IMG/VR virus record: IMGVR_UViG_3300044655_000081
Span: 1 to 58,346 of that record
DNA length: 58,346 nt
Source of the DNA: a virus
Taxonomy: Duplodnaviria > Caudoviricetes
Strand: one strand, 5' to 3'
The notes beneath the pieces were generated by a model. That model worked only from the letters and a program-made list of their open reading frames with translations. It ran no database searches and was not told the DNA's origin. Below, one piece after another: positions 18,233-28,400 of this stretch (position 1 is the first letter of the stretch; each line of letters begins with the position of its first letter). Position numbers and translations under genes: made by a program.

Positions 18233-21200
18233 TTATTTATTCGTCGTTCTCACCATATTGATAGTGGTAATTGCATAAGTTGGTGTCACGTTTAGTCTAA
18301 CAGAGCCAGCAACAATAACAGCACTAAAGATACCGAGATTGTCAGTAGTGTAAATCGTACCATACTCTGTAACATAAGCGTCTGTACCATCATGAATAAG
18401 AGTCACTTGTGTAGTATGATAACTTGTTCCTGATGTCATCGTAATAACATAGTTGGCAGAACGCCATGATGATGTTGAAAACGAATCTAGAATCTGATCT
18501 GTAGCCGAAGATGTTACCAATGAAATCGAATTGACGCTTGAGTTTCCGATTCCGATATTGTTTATTACATATACGTCACCAACAAATGTGACACCAGATA
18601 CGTTTGGTAAAGCACTGTTTGCCTTTGTATAAGAAGCGTTGGTGACTGTCCAATTACTATTTATTGAAGCAGATACAGTATTCTGTATGGAAAATTCTGA
18701 ATTGGTTGCTGCATATGCCGCATTAGCAATACTGGCTGTTAGATTAGAGACTGCCCAGTTAGATGCTAATGAATCTCTAGCAGTATTAGCAACCAAATAT
18801 GCAGCATTGGTAACTGACCATAGAGAATTAGCGGAACCAAATGCAAGTATACCACCATTAGCAGATGTGTATGCAGCATTAGTTACTGCCCAGTTAGATG
18901 CTACTGAACCTAGTGTAGCATATGTAGCAGATGTATAGTTATTTGTCGAAGTACCAACATAAGTTGCAAAACTATTAATAGATGCAAATCCTGTTGCTTG
19001 TGAGGATTGTGTAGCATATGTTATAGTTGCATAGTTATTACCTGCTGTACCTACTGTATTGGCCCAACCATTCGACGAATTAGCAAGAGTTCCTGCATAG
19101 TTGTTTGCACCAGCAGCGATGTTTGCTGACAGTATAGATGCATAACTATTAACAGAAGATCCTACTGAGTTTGACCAGTTGTTTGCACCAACGAAGCCGA
19201 CATTAGCAGATGTATATGCAGCATTAGCGGCATCATATGCAAAGTGTAATGTGCTTTGTAGATTCTGAGTTCCGACATAGAATGTGTTTGCTGTTACTCT
19301 TTCAGCCTGGAACTTAGCAAAAGCAAATGAAGCATCAGTGGTATCGATGTTGACAGCAACATCCGGCTCAGGAACATATCCCTCAAAGACTTTAAATGTG
19401 CCATCGGTTGCATCTCTAAAGAAACCAGCATGATGATATGTACCATCATTATATCCACCAGAGAAACCTAAGTCAGGATTAATGGCAGCCTTGAAGTATG
19501 CTGTGCCACCAGACACGTAAGCACCTGTTTGTGTGCCGGCAATACTAAATGATGTTGAGTTTGCAGCAGTAACAGTAACATAACCAGATGTATTATATCC
19601 AGAAGGATTCATTCCGGTTACACGGACAACACCACCAACAAACATGTTATTATTAGCAGTATATGTTTGATATGTACCATTACCAGAAGCATTGGTGACA
19701 GTATCTATCTGTGCTTCATTTAGATATAATATATTATCTGTAAGGGTTAAGTTTTGTGCTGCAACTGTTGTTGCAGAACCATATACGAATAGGTTACCTT
19801 GAACAGTTAGATTTCTACCAACGCTGATATCTGCACCAACGCTAATATTGTTAGCAACGATATTACCAGAAACAGTACCACCAGTTAACTGTAGGAATGT
19901 ATTGTTTGCGTAGTTGTTAGCAGAATTGGCAACATATCCTGAATATGTGTTACCCGATGAAGCAAGAGTATTTGACCAACCGTTAGATGAATTGGCTACA
20001 GTGTAAGCAGCATTGGCTTTAACAAAAGCAGCAATAGCGTTTACTGCTGGACCTACAGTGTTTTCGTTAACATTTTCAAATCTACTGTTAGCAGCAACAT
20101 AACGGATCAGATCACCTTCTGATACACCTCCGTTGAATGATACTAATTCGTCGTCAGAGAGAGATGAACCACGTTGAACAGCAGCAAAGATCAGACCATT
20201 TTGTGCTGACTTGCTGATAACAGTACCAATCTGAACCTTGTTATTAGGTGCAGATGGCTTAGTGTTCTGTAGAGCGCCTAGAGCAGATGAACTTACATAG
20301 AGAATGTCACCTTCACTAAACATACTGGTGTCGATCTTACGAATCTTACCGTATGTTGTAACAAATCCTTCTGATCCGTTTGGAATATCTTCAGTTGCAA
20401 TACCAAGAATATTCTTAGAGTCGTATGAGTTGTTAGCAATAGCACGACGACCAAGTAGTTTTCCTGAGTTGCCTACTGTGCCATAATAAGCAACAGAATT
20501 GGCATTATAGATTGTTTCGCCAGACTGATTTAGGATTCTTACGTATTGTTCTTGACCAACCTGTAGGATTGATTCGCCTGTACCAATATCAAGTGTTTTC
20601 TCATCAGGGTTCCATGTTAACTGACCTGCGACTACAGAACCGTTTGCACCAGCAGTCGCAGTTGTGTTTAGGAAGATACTATTAACAGCGAGGATACTAT
20701 CATTAACTCTTAGAGAGTTTGAAATGTTTAGTGTACCACCGAATGTGATACCGTCGGTGTTAGATAGTTTTGTATTAGACCAGTTATTAGCAGAAACAGC
20801 AATAGTGTTTGATCGTGCATATGCTTGATACTGCAATGACAAAGCATAACTATTACCCGATAGACCGATAGTAGTTGACCAAGAATTGCCGGAAGAAAGA
20901 CCTGTTATCAATGTTGATTGTGTAGCATATGTGGTATATGCATAAGAGTTTGCGGCAGATCCTACAATGTTAGCCCAACCGTTGGTAGAATTTGCGGCAT
21001 AAAATGCAGCATTGGCTGTTTTGAAAACTGGTGATAGATCGGGTGATAGTGCATCAGCATAAGCGTTTGCTGACGCACCAACATAGTTTGTATAACTGTT
21101 ACCAGCAGCAGCAACAATGTTTGCTCTACCGTTTGCTGGTGTTAGATCAGCACCAATAGTTAGACTATTGTGTATGACATCGGTTGAGATTGTGATATTC

Positions 21201-21439
21201 TGACCAGCAGCAATGCTAACGATATCACCAGGAAGTGTTGCTGTTATTATACTTCCGTTAGAATTGATTGTTCCGAAAAAATTACCACTAGAGATTTGTG
21301 CAATCTGTCCAATAACGTTCTTATAGTATATTATACCATCAGCATAGTTAATAGCAAGTTCGCCGTTGGCTAGATTACCAGCCGCTGGTATCGACCCTGG
21401 TGTTGGAGATTTTTTAAGAGCAATTCTTGTGTTGGCCAT
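18233..21439 (-). CDS. Tail fibre/fibre-adaptor protein (1068 aa)
   Basis: N-terminal I.LKKS..PG..P....L..GELAINYADG (Mtd-N-like anchor), Asn/Ala-rich shaft, C-terminal RSANYVI.....YHTTQV.LIHDG..AY.TEYG domain. Confidence 0.75.
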   Translation of the reverse strand: MANTRIALKKSPTPGSIPAAGNLANGELAINYADGIIYYKNVIGQIAQISSGNFFGTINSNGSIITATLPGDIVSIAAGQNITISTDVIHNSLTIGADLTPANGRANIVAAAGNSYTNYVGASANAYADALSPDLSPVFKTANAAFYAANSTNGWANIVGSAANSYAYTTYATQSTLITGLSSGNSWSTTIGLSGNSYALSLQYQAYARSNTIAVSANNWSNTKLSNTDGITFGGTLNISNSLRVNDSILAVNSIFLNTTATAGANGSVVAGQLTWNPDEKTLDIGTGESILQVGQEQYVRILNQSGETIYNANSVAYYGTVGNSGKLLGRRAIANNSYDSKNILGIATEDIPNGSEGFVTTYGKIRKIDTSMFSEGDILYVSSSALGALQNTKPSAPNNKVQIGTVISKSAQNGLIFAAVQRGSSLSDDELVSFNGGVSEGDLIRYVAANSRFENVNENTVGPAVNAIAAFVKANAAYTVANSSNGWSNTLASSGNTYSGYVANSANNYANNTFLQLTGGTVSGNIVANNISVGADISVGRNLTVQGNLFVYGSATTVAAQNLTLTDNILYLNEAQIDTVTNASGNGTYQTYTANNNMFVGGVVRVTGMNPSGYNTSGYVTVTAANSTSFSIAGTQTGAYVSGGTAYFKAAINPDLGFSGGYNDGTYHHAGFFRDATDGTFKVFEGYVPEPDVAVNIDTTDASFAFAKFQAERVTANTFYVGTQNLQSTLHFAYDAANAAYTSANVGFVGANNWSNSVGSSVNSYASILSANIAAGANNYAGTLANSSNGWANTVGTAGNNYATITYATQSSQATGFASINSFATYVGTSTNNYTSATYATLGSVASNWAVTNAAYTSANGGILAFGSANSLWSVTNAAYLVANTARDSLASNWAVSNLTASIANAAYAATNSEFSIQNTVSASINSNWTVTNASYTKANSALPNVSGVTFVGDVYVINNIGIGNSSVNSISLVTSSATDQILDSFSTSSWRSANYVITMTSGTSYHTTQVTLIHDGTDAYVTEYGTIYTTDNLGIFSAVIVAGSVRLNVTPTYAITTINMVRTTNK

Positions 21440-21939
21440 TAGAAGTCGTCAGTCTCTTTGGTGACTTCCACGTTCATAACAGGAGATGAATCAACTACAG
21501 CGGAAGATTTATTATCTTTGTTATTTATGTCTTTCTTATCCGATGCCGCTTTAGTCTTTTTGTTCAATTTGACTTCTTCTTTTAGTTTTGCTATTTCAAT
21601 TTTTAGGGAATCACATTCAGTTTCTTTGCGAATGTATTCTTTTTTCATATCATTGAACTGTGCCGTGATTGTATCTAGATGTGATACCTTTTGCGACATA
21701 GCATTGAATTGTTCTTCCCATCTTCTAGCATTGTTGCGTGTAGAATTTAGTTCGTCTATATCAGTCTCAAAGTTTTTCTTGTTCTGATTAAACTCGTCAA
21801 TGATCCGATCTTTTTCGGCAATAATATTGTTAGCGATCTTCAACTTAGTTCTTAGTTGAAGAATCTCGTTTAGATAAGAATGTAAAGTTTCTACAGTCTG
21901 TTCAACGAATGTATTGATATATGTTGTTTGATCACTCAT
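21439..21939 (-). CDS. Hypothetical coiled-coil protein
   Basis: Lys/Glu-rich heptad pattern; GGA upstream; lies within the fibre operon. Confidence 0.7.
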   Translation of the reverse strand: MSDQTTYINTFVEQTVETLHSYLNEILQLRTKLKIANNIIAEKDRIIDEFNQNKKNFETDIDELNSTRNNARRWEEQFNAMSQKVSHLDTITAQFNDMKKEYIRKETECDSLKIEIAKLKEEVKLNKKTKAASDKKDINNKDNKSSAVVDSSPVMNVEVTKETDDF

Positions 21940-21953
21940 TACAAATTCCTTAT

Positions 21954-23339
21954 TTAGAATGAACCTCCGTCAAGCATTGCAAATTCTGGTGTGCCTGCTG
22001 ATGTTGATTGTAGTACCTGTCCTTCAAGTGTAGAAACTGCGACTCTGAGCGAACCTGATGAATTGCCGAATAGAACACCGTTGTTGGAGAATGATGTTAC
22101 ACCAGTACCACCATACATGACATCAATAGTATTGGCATTCCATGTACCAGAAGTTAATGTGCCTACACCAGTAATACCACTATAATCACCTGAAAGTCTT
22201 TCTGTTCCTAGTGTTCCAGAAATAATATTTGCTGCATTAGAGAACGTCTGAATCAACACAGTGTTGGTTTCATTCATGTATGAGTTAGCAGAGAAACCTA
22301 CATAACCTGCATAGATGTTTGCACTAGCAGCGACGGCCGTTAATTCGTTGTTGACAGTTGAGATATAATTGTTACCTGCTGTGGTAACAACATCTATCCA
22401 ATTGTTGATAGATGATGTGATAGTGTCTGTGTAACTATTTCCAGAAACACCAACGTATGTGGCATAGTTATTACCAGCAATAGTATATGCTTCAATGAAT
22501 GTGTTCGTTGATGTTGTCAGAGCATTAGCAACATTTGCCATATCATAAATGGTATTGGTTACTTGCCAATTCGACCAGTTTGAATCTCTAACAATCTCTA
22601 AGTCTGTGTTAGATGCAATGTATGTGTTTAATGCTAGTGAGTTGTTACTTGTGAAGCCCCACTTATTTGCTGCCTCGACCCAGATGATGGTGGCATTACC
22701 TTGACGGTTACCACGGTTAACTTCAATACCAGCATTTTCTGTTGGTGACAGATCACCGGGTAGATCGGCATTTAGTGTTAGGATATTGTCACCAATTAAT
22801 AGTGACTGTGTATTAGCATATGTTACTGTACCGCTAACAACTAGACTACCACCAATGTTTAAGTCGCCGGTGATATTACCACCATCCATTGTTAGATATA
22901 CTTCAGAAGCGTGAGCATTTGCTGAAGCAGCGACATATTCTGCGTGAGAGTTGCTTGAAGCACCCACTAAGTCTGCATATGAGTTTCCAGAAGTGCCAAC
23001 ATATTGTGTATAAGAATTAGATGCATTAACAATAGATGCAGTATATGTTGCAGATGCGTTAACGGCATCATATGCTAAGTTTGCTCTATCAAATGCTACG
23101 TTTGCTCTAGCAAATGCAACGTTAGAACCGGTTCCACCATTATTTGCTCTATTGAAAGCATTGATAGTATGATCAAGCCAATACTTACCGCCAATTTCTG
23201 TAACATACGCATTGTTTGCTGAACCGATGAATAACTTTTCAGAGTTATATGAATACGCAAGTTCCGCAGTAGCAAGAGATCCGTTGGCAGGTGCTGCTGT
23301 CGAACTGGATCTCTTAATTTGGATGATAGTATTAGACAT
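21954..23339 (-). CDS. Tail fibre-like protein (461 aa)
   Basis: N-terminal IQIKRS....P...L...ELAYS, a NAGIEVNRG module, V.YGGTG motif, DGGSF C-terminus. Confidence 0.75.
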   Translation of the reverse strand: MSNTIIQIKRSSSTAAPANGSLATAELAYSYNSEKLFIGSANNAYVTEIGGKYWLDHTINAFNRANNGGTGSNVAFARANVAFDRANLAYDAVNASATYTASIVNASNSYTQYVGTSGNSYADLVGASSNSHAEYVAASANAHASEVYLTMDGGNITGDLNIGGSLVVSGTVTYANTQSLLIGDNILTLNADLPGDLSPTENAGIEVNRGNRQGNATIIWVEAANKWGFTSNNSLALNTYIASNTDLEIVRDSNWSNWQVTNTIYDMANVANALTTSTNTFIEAYTIAGNNYATYVGVSGNSYTDTITSSINNWIDVVTTAGNNYISTVNNELTAVAASANIYAGYVGFSANSYMNETNTVLIQTFSNAANIISGTLGTERLSGDYSGITGVGTLTSGTWNANTIDVMYGGTGVTSFSNNGVLFGNSSGSLRVAVSTLEGQVLQSTSAGTPEFAMLDGGSF

Positions 23340-23340
23340 A

Positions 23341-23592
23341 TCAGAAAGTTCCTCCGTTTATAATGGGCAATTCTTTAACAATGTATTTTCCACTTGCCTC
23401 ATCATAAACTAATGTTTCGTTATTACTTGCGTCTGTTGCGTTAACATCTGTCAACTGACTTAATGTAGTAATACCACCTGTACCAACAGATGTAGCACCA
23501 ACAACATTGACAGTTTTAATTTGCTGCTTCTGAGGAGTATTTATAGAAATCCTATTCCCAGGATTTGTAATGACTGTTATCTTGTTTCCCAT
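23341..23592 (-). CDS. Small virion-associated protein
   Basis: L..LTDV....  N..TLVYD....K motif and a GGTF C-terminus like the neighbouring fibre's DGGSF. Confidence 0.6.
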   Translation of the reverse strand: MGNKITVITNPGNRISINTPQKQQIKTVNVVGATSVGTGGITTLSQLTDVNATDASNNETLVYDEASGKYIVKELPIINGGTF

Positions 23593-23597
23593 TTTTC

Positions 23598-23933
23598 TTA
23601 CTTTGTTATGGATGGAGTTACAATAACAATACCTTCAATCAATCTTGTATATACACCTGCTGCCTCTGATCTAACATCAAATAGATAAGTTCCTGATCTG
23701 AGATTTGCCGTATTTGCAGCAGTCATTGACATCGTGATTTCACCATTGGCAGAATCAGTTACGGTGCATACTAAGTTTCCAGATGCATTTTGTGACAGAA
23801 GTGACTTTCTCAAAGAACTCGTTACAACATATCCTTGAACGTTCTGATATAGATTCGTAACATCGTCCTGTAAGACAACCGTTGAAACAAAGTCTGATCC
23901 TTGGTCGATGTATAGTTCTACGTATTCGGTCAT
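23598..23933 (-). CDS. Conserved small structural protein (LYIDQGSDF...YLFDV...RLIEG.V.VTP.IT)
   Basis: Motif pattern recurrent in T4-like baseplate/fibre regions. Confidence 0.7.
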   Translation of the reverse strand: MTEYVELYIDQGSDFVSTVVLQDDVTNLYQNVQGYVVTSSLRKSLLSQNASGNLVCTVTDSANGEITMSMTAANTANLRSGTYLFDVRSEAAGVYTRLIEGIVIVTPSITK

Positions 23934-25162
23934 TAGTTGCCCTTCTTGAGTTCTTCAATCTCTCTAGAGAGTTCTTTGATTGCTTCAATTAGAAGTGGAA
24001 CAACACGTTCGTATTTTACTGCTTTGATTCCATCTTCTCTTGTGGCAACTGCTTCGGGTAATACTTTTTCTAGTTCCTGAGCAATGACACCGACATCGTG
24101 CTTACGTGTAAAGTATCCATCTTCACCACCTCTAGTGGTAAGATAGTCATCATTCCAATCAAACTCGACACCACTAATAGAGTTAACTTTTGTTAGTGCA
24201 TTAGGAATTACTGTAACATTATGTTTAAGACTAATATCAGAACTGTAATATCCGGTAACGTCACCATACACATATAGTCCTTTATCGCTTCCCTGAAATA
24301 GAGCGACCGCTGCATTTTTACCATTGTAGACAGTAACGTTTCTGAATTGAGTTGTACCCCCATTATATCCATTATAGTTAATTGAAACTTGAGCAACACC
24401 GTTATAGTTATAACCACCAACAATACGGTCTGCTTCGAGTTGAAGTGAATTAACTCCAGAATCAAATCTAAGACTTCCATTAAATATGACACCATCAGTA
24501 TTAGCAAGGGCACTATTTGCTTTAGCGAAAGCGGGTGTGTTTATTCTCAGAGAATATGCATTAGAAGAAACACCGACATAGTTGGCATAGTTATTGGCAT
24601 TTGATGCTGTTGAGTTTGCCCATGTGTTTGCTCTGGTACCAATAGTATTGGCATAAGTGTTAGCATACCCCACTATTACATCAGAATAAGAATTTGCATA
24701 AGTACCAATGGTATTTGCCCATGTGTTTGCTCTAACACCGATTGTATTTGCATATGAGTTGGCAGCGGTGCTGCCAGAAAGTGTGCCAATCTGCTGAGAT
24801 GTGTATGAATTTGCAGAGTCACCGACATATTCAGCGTAAGTATTGGCTGATGTTCCTATACGAACAGACAAAGCATTAGCGGATGTGCCAACAGTATTAG
24901 CCCAGTTATTAGATGCACGAGTAGAAGTTATTACTGCATAGTTATTGCCTGCTGTGCCAACAGTATTAGCCCAAGTATTAGCACCAATAGATGTATTGTA
25001 TGCTAGTAGATTAGCGGCGTTTGCTTTTGTAAATCCACCAGAAGAATTAGCAACACTGTTATATGTTAAAGTATTTGCCTGATCCAACGCAACAATAATC
25101 TGATTTGTTCTGACACGCCATGTATCAAATGTGTCTGTTAGTGCTATGTTTGCTAATGCCAT
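23933..25162 (-). CDS. Short fibre protein with C-terminal peptidase S74-type chaperone
   Basis: N-terminal TDTFDTWRVRTN, AN(T/S)WAN(T/S)(V/I)G repeats, C-terminal YSSDI.LK.NV...GVIAQE.E.VLPEAV...V.YE..VPLLIEAIKEL. Confidence 0.8.
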   Translation of the reverse strand: MALANIALTDTFDTWRVRTNQIIVALDQANTLTYNSVANSSGGFTKANAANLLAYNTSIGANTWANTVGTAGNNYAVITSTRASNNWANTVGTSANALSVRIGTSANTYAEYVGDSANSYTSQQIGTLSGSTAANSYANTIGVRANTWANTIGTYANSYSDVIVGYANTYANTIGTRANTWANSTASNANNYANYVGVSSNAYSLRINTPAFAKANSALANTDGVIFNGSLRFDSGVNSLQLEADRIVGGYNYNGVAQVSINYNGYNGGTTQFRNVTVYNGKNAAVALFQGSDKGLYVYGDVTGYYSSDISLKHNVTVIPNALTKVNSISGVEFDWNDDYLTTRGGEDGYFTRKHDVGVIAQELEKVLPEAVATREDGIKAVKYERVVPLLIEAIKELSREIEELKKGN

Positions 25163-25163
25163 T

Positions 25164-25415
25164 TTACTTTACCAGTCCTTTGAGCAATTCTTTGATTTCA
25201 GCCATGTCATTCTTCAGTTGTGATATATCTTCTTTCATATTATTTAGTTCGATTGATTTCATCCGTTTTTTCTTATATGCTTTAAGAGAGTCAATATCCT
25301 TATTGATGATAGAGCCTTCCGGGGTTTTGTAGAACCCCGAAACCTCTGTTGGTGTGTCGATCATCACTTTTTTATCAGGCTCTCTATCAGGATAAAAACA
25401 TTCTATCAAGTCCAA
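25164..25415 (-). CDS. Hypothetical protein with C-terminal coiled coil
   Basis: G.IINKD....AY...R and I..LK.DM.EIK.LL pattern, usually seen after DUF4815 genes; TTG start uncertain. Confidence 0.65.
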   Translation of the reverse strand: MDLIECFYPDREPDKKVMIDTPTEVSGFYKTPEGSIINKDIDSLKAYKKKRMKSIELNNMKEDISQLKNDMAEIKELLKGLVK

Positions 25416-25426
25416 TTTAACACCCC

Positions 25427-28400
25427 TTATAGTTGTAGAGCGATTGCTCTTAGATCAGCAATTCTTGGGAAGATTGCACTACTATCAGACTTTAGTCCAA
25501 TCTTAATCTGGAACTGTTTGAATCCAGAGAATGTTGTACCGACTGAGTTAGTGTATCCAACAATAGGATCTCCAAGATCATTTGTACCAGAATACATACT
25601 ACTTGGTAGTTTGAAGTTATATTCTCTCCAATCTTTTCTGTTTGATAGTGAAGAATAGACTGATGAGTTTAATGGTACTTCAATCCATTGTCTCTGCCAG
25701 ATTGGTTCAAAATCTTCTGCATTTGAAACACGGACATAAACAATGAAATCAGAGTTTGATGATGGTGGACGATAAGCAGAGAGAATGATTCTTAGATCCT
25801 CTGCATCTTGTCCGTCAGCAAGTGTTACAACTTGAGAGATATACTTATTCTTCAAACCACCACCAGATGCATTAGTTTCACCGGCTGTATTGGCATTGAT
25901 CAAGTTTCTGTGATAGATAGAATATGTCTTGCCAACATCAAGAACTGGTGATAGATAGTCAGATGTTGTTGATAGTGATACCTTGACTCTGTTTGAAGGT
26001 ACACTACCATAGGAGCCTATCTCGGTTGATCTTGAATAGATTGCCATCTCATTATCATAATCAATATTGGTGCTTGGTGGGACAGCAATGTAGTCCGAAG
26101 CGATACCAGTATTGCTTCTAGTTGACATAGCAAAGTCTAGATATGTTCTATTGAAGTCAATATATCTTGGTTCAAAACGAGTTGTTGCATACACATACTT
26201 AGAAATAGTTCCGACTGAGGATGTGTTTGATGAAAGTATTCCTGTTAGAATATCATTAGCGGTAAACAATCCATTTGAATCTTTTAGAACTAGTGAAGTT
26301 GTGTTCGAAACATTTAGTTTTGACTTAGAACTATAAATCTCACCAGTTGGTGTTGTCTTTAGTAGAACTGTTGATGTAACTGTTCCATATACAGTACCGT
26401 TAGCATTAGCAAAACTTACTGTTTCACCAGCAGTATAACCAGTACCGGATACTTTATAGTTACCACCACTGATAGATACTACGCTAGTATTAACACCAGA
26501 GGTCTGACCAATAACTCTATCACCAACAATGATAACTCTGGATGGTGATGAAAGACCTAGTGTATCATTACCGTTGATCATTTCACCGAACCAAGATGTG
26601 TTAGCAGAACTTCTTCCAGGATCTGGTAGTTCAATAAACTCTCTTGTTTGGTTACCAAGAACAACTTCACCGATAACGTTTGTATCGAATACTGCACGAT
26701 TGAACTTAACCTTTAAGTCAACTCTAGGAACAGCATCCCAATCTGTATTGTTATTGGTTGTGAATAGTGTACCAGTTAGTGGTCTCTCATTTACAGGCTT
26801 CTTAGTGATGATATCATTATCACCAAGAACTGAAACATACATGTAATAGTTTGGATTAATGCCCTGTGTATGAATAACGAAAGCATATTCGGTATTATTC
26901 ATCAAGAATACAGGAACTTTAAACTTAACGTTTGTTGCAACTGAACCGTCATCAGATACATTGACTTCAGAAGTAGTCATGAATACTTCTGAATATGGTA
27001 CTTGAACAGTTGTGATATTACCAGCATTGTTCATGGCACGAATTTCGAACCAGACACCCTTAACAGGATCTTTGCCAGCAAAATAAACATCAACGCTTGA
27101 TAGGAACATACCTTCATCACCGTATAGAGATACTAGTTTGAAGGAGTATGCCATACATGAACCCATCCATGCTAGTGGATAGTTGACTGAAACACCACCA
27201 CCAGAGTTTTTTGTTACAACTTTAACATTTGCTAGTTGTGTGTTTGATGTATTGGCATAGTTTAATACTGCTGTTGTTGATGATGGACCATAATCGATAC
27301 CATTCTTAACTTCGGTAACGATAGTACCGGTTGACATCACAGTATCTTGTTTATACTGTGTTGTGCCCTGTGAGTAGAAATGTGTCATTGCGGCAGATGT
27401 AGCGTCTTTGTCATTTGTAGGACTATCTGTTACAACTACTTCCTTCGTTCCTGTTCTGAAGGTTTTGCTACCATCAGCAGGTAGTCTTAGAATAGCATAT
27501 AGGTTACCATCTTCATCAGAATAGAGTTTGTCACCTTCTGTTCCATCTTTCCATAAAAGTTTGTTCATTGTGATGGCACCAATTGATGATTCAAGTGATG
27601 ATGGTACTCCAAGAATACCAAGAGCAGGAGCAGCAGGTGTGATATAATCATTCATCAATACACCATCAAAGTAAACAAAATGCTTTGTTGATGCTTTAAG
27701 TCCCTTAGCATGAAGGGTAATTGTCTGTGGTCTAATGTCTGCAATAGGAGCAACATTTACAACCTTATCACCTAGACTATGTGTTTCTGTCTGAATACTT
27801 TGGAAAGTTTCCTGCATCGATCTAGACAACTGAGTAGTTGTATAGGTCTGATAGTTGTATGTGTCATTTGTTGTAACATAATTATTGTATGTTGTATCAG
27901 TTTTAGTAACAGCAGCATAATTTCTTTCAACAAGTCTCCAACCAACAAAGAAGTCTGGTTCAATTGACGAGGTAGAATATGCTGGTGAAATGACTGTAGT
28001 ATTATTACCAACTAGAACCCAACCGTTGTCTACTTTTGTAGAAGAAACCAATACCGGTTCTGATTTGGTGACACCGGTAACGTTTGATTCGTATGCACCA
28101 TATACAACGCTATATGGTGTAATATCTTCGTCTGTAGGACCGAAATAAACTTTCTGTGCATTTAGACGTTCTGTATTGACCCAATAGTCTGCATCTGGAC
28201 TTAGGAACAGTTTACCCAAGAACTTATAGACAGTTGTTTCAACGTTTCTGAATGTGGTTGCATAAGGTTGTTCTGCAATCGTTTCTTCTGTGTGTGGTAG
28301 AAGAACTAGATTACCAACTTGAACAGAATTGGTGTTAGAATAAACATCGTAACCGATCTGTGCAACGTCACAAATTGGTCTGAGTGATCCTTCCTTAGGA

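Noticed and set aside
7892-25162. Diversity-generating retroelement or invertible tail-fibre cassette
   Set aside because: No reverse transcriptase or invertase in the window. The duplicated segments are direct, both coding, and by eye differ mostly at synonymous positions, not specifically at adenines.
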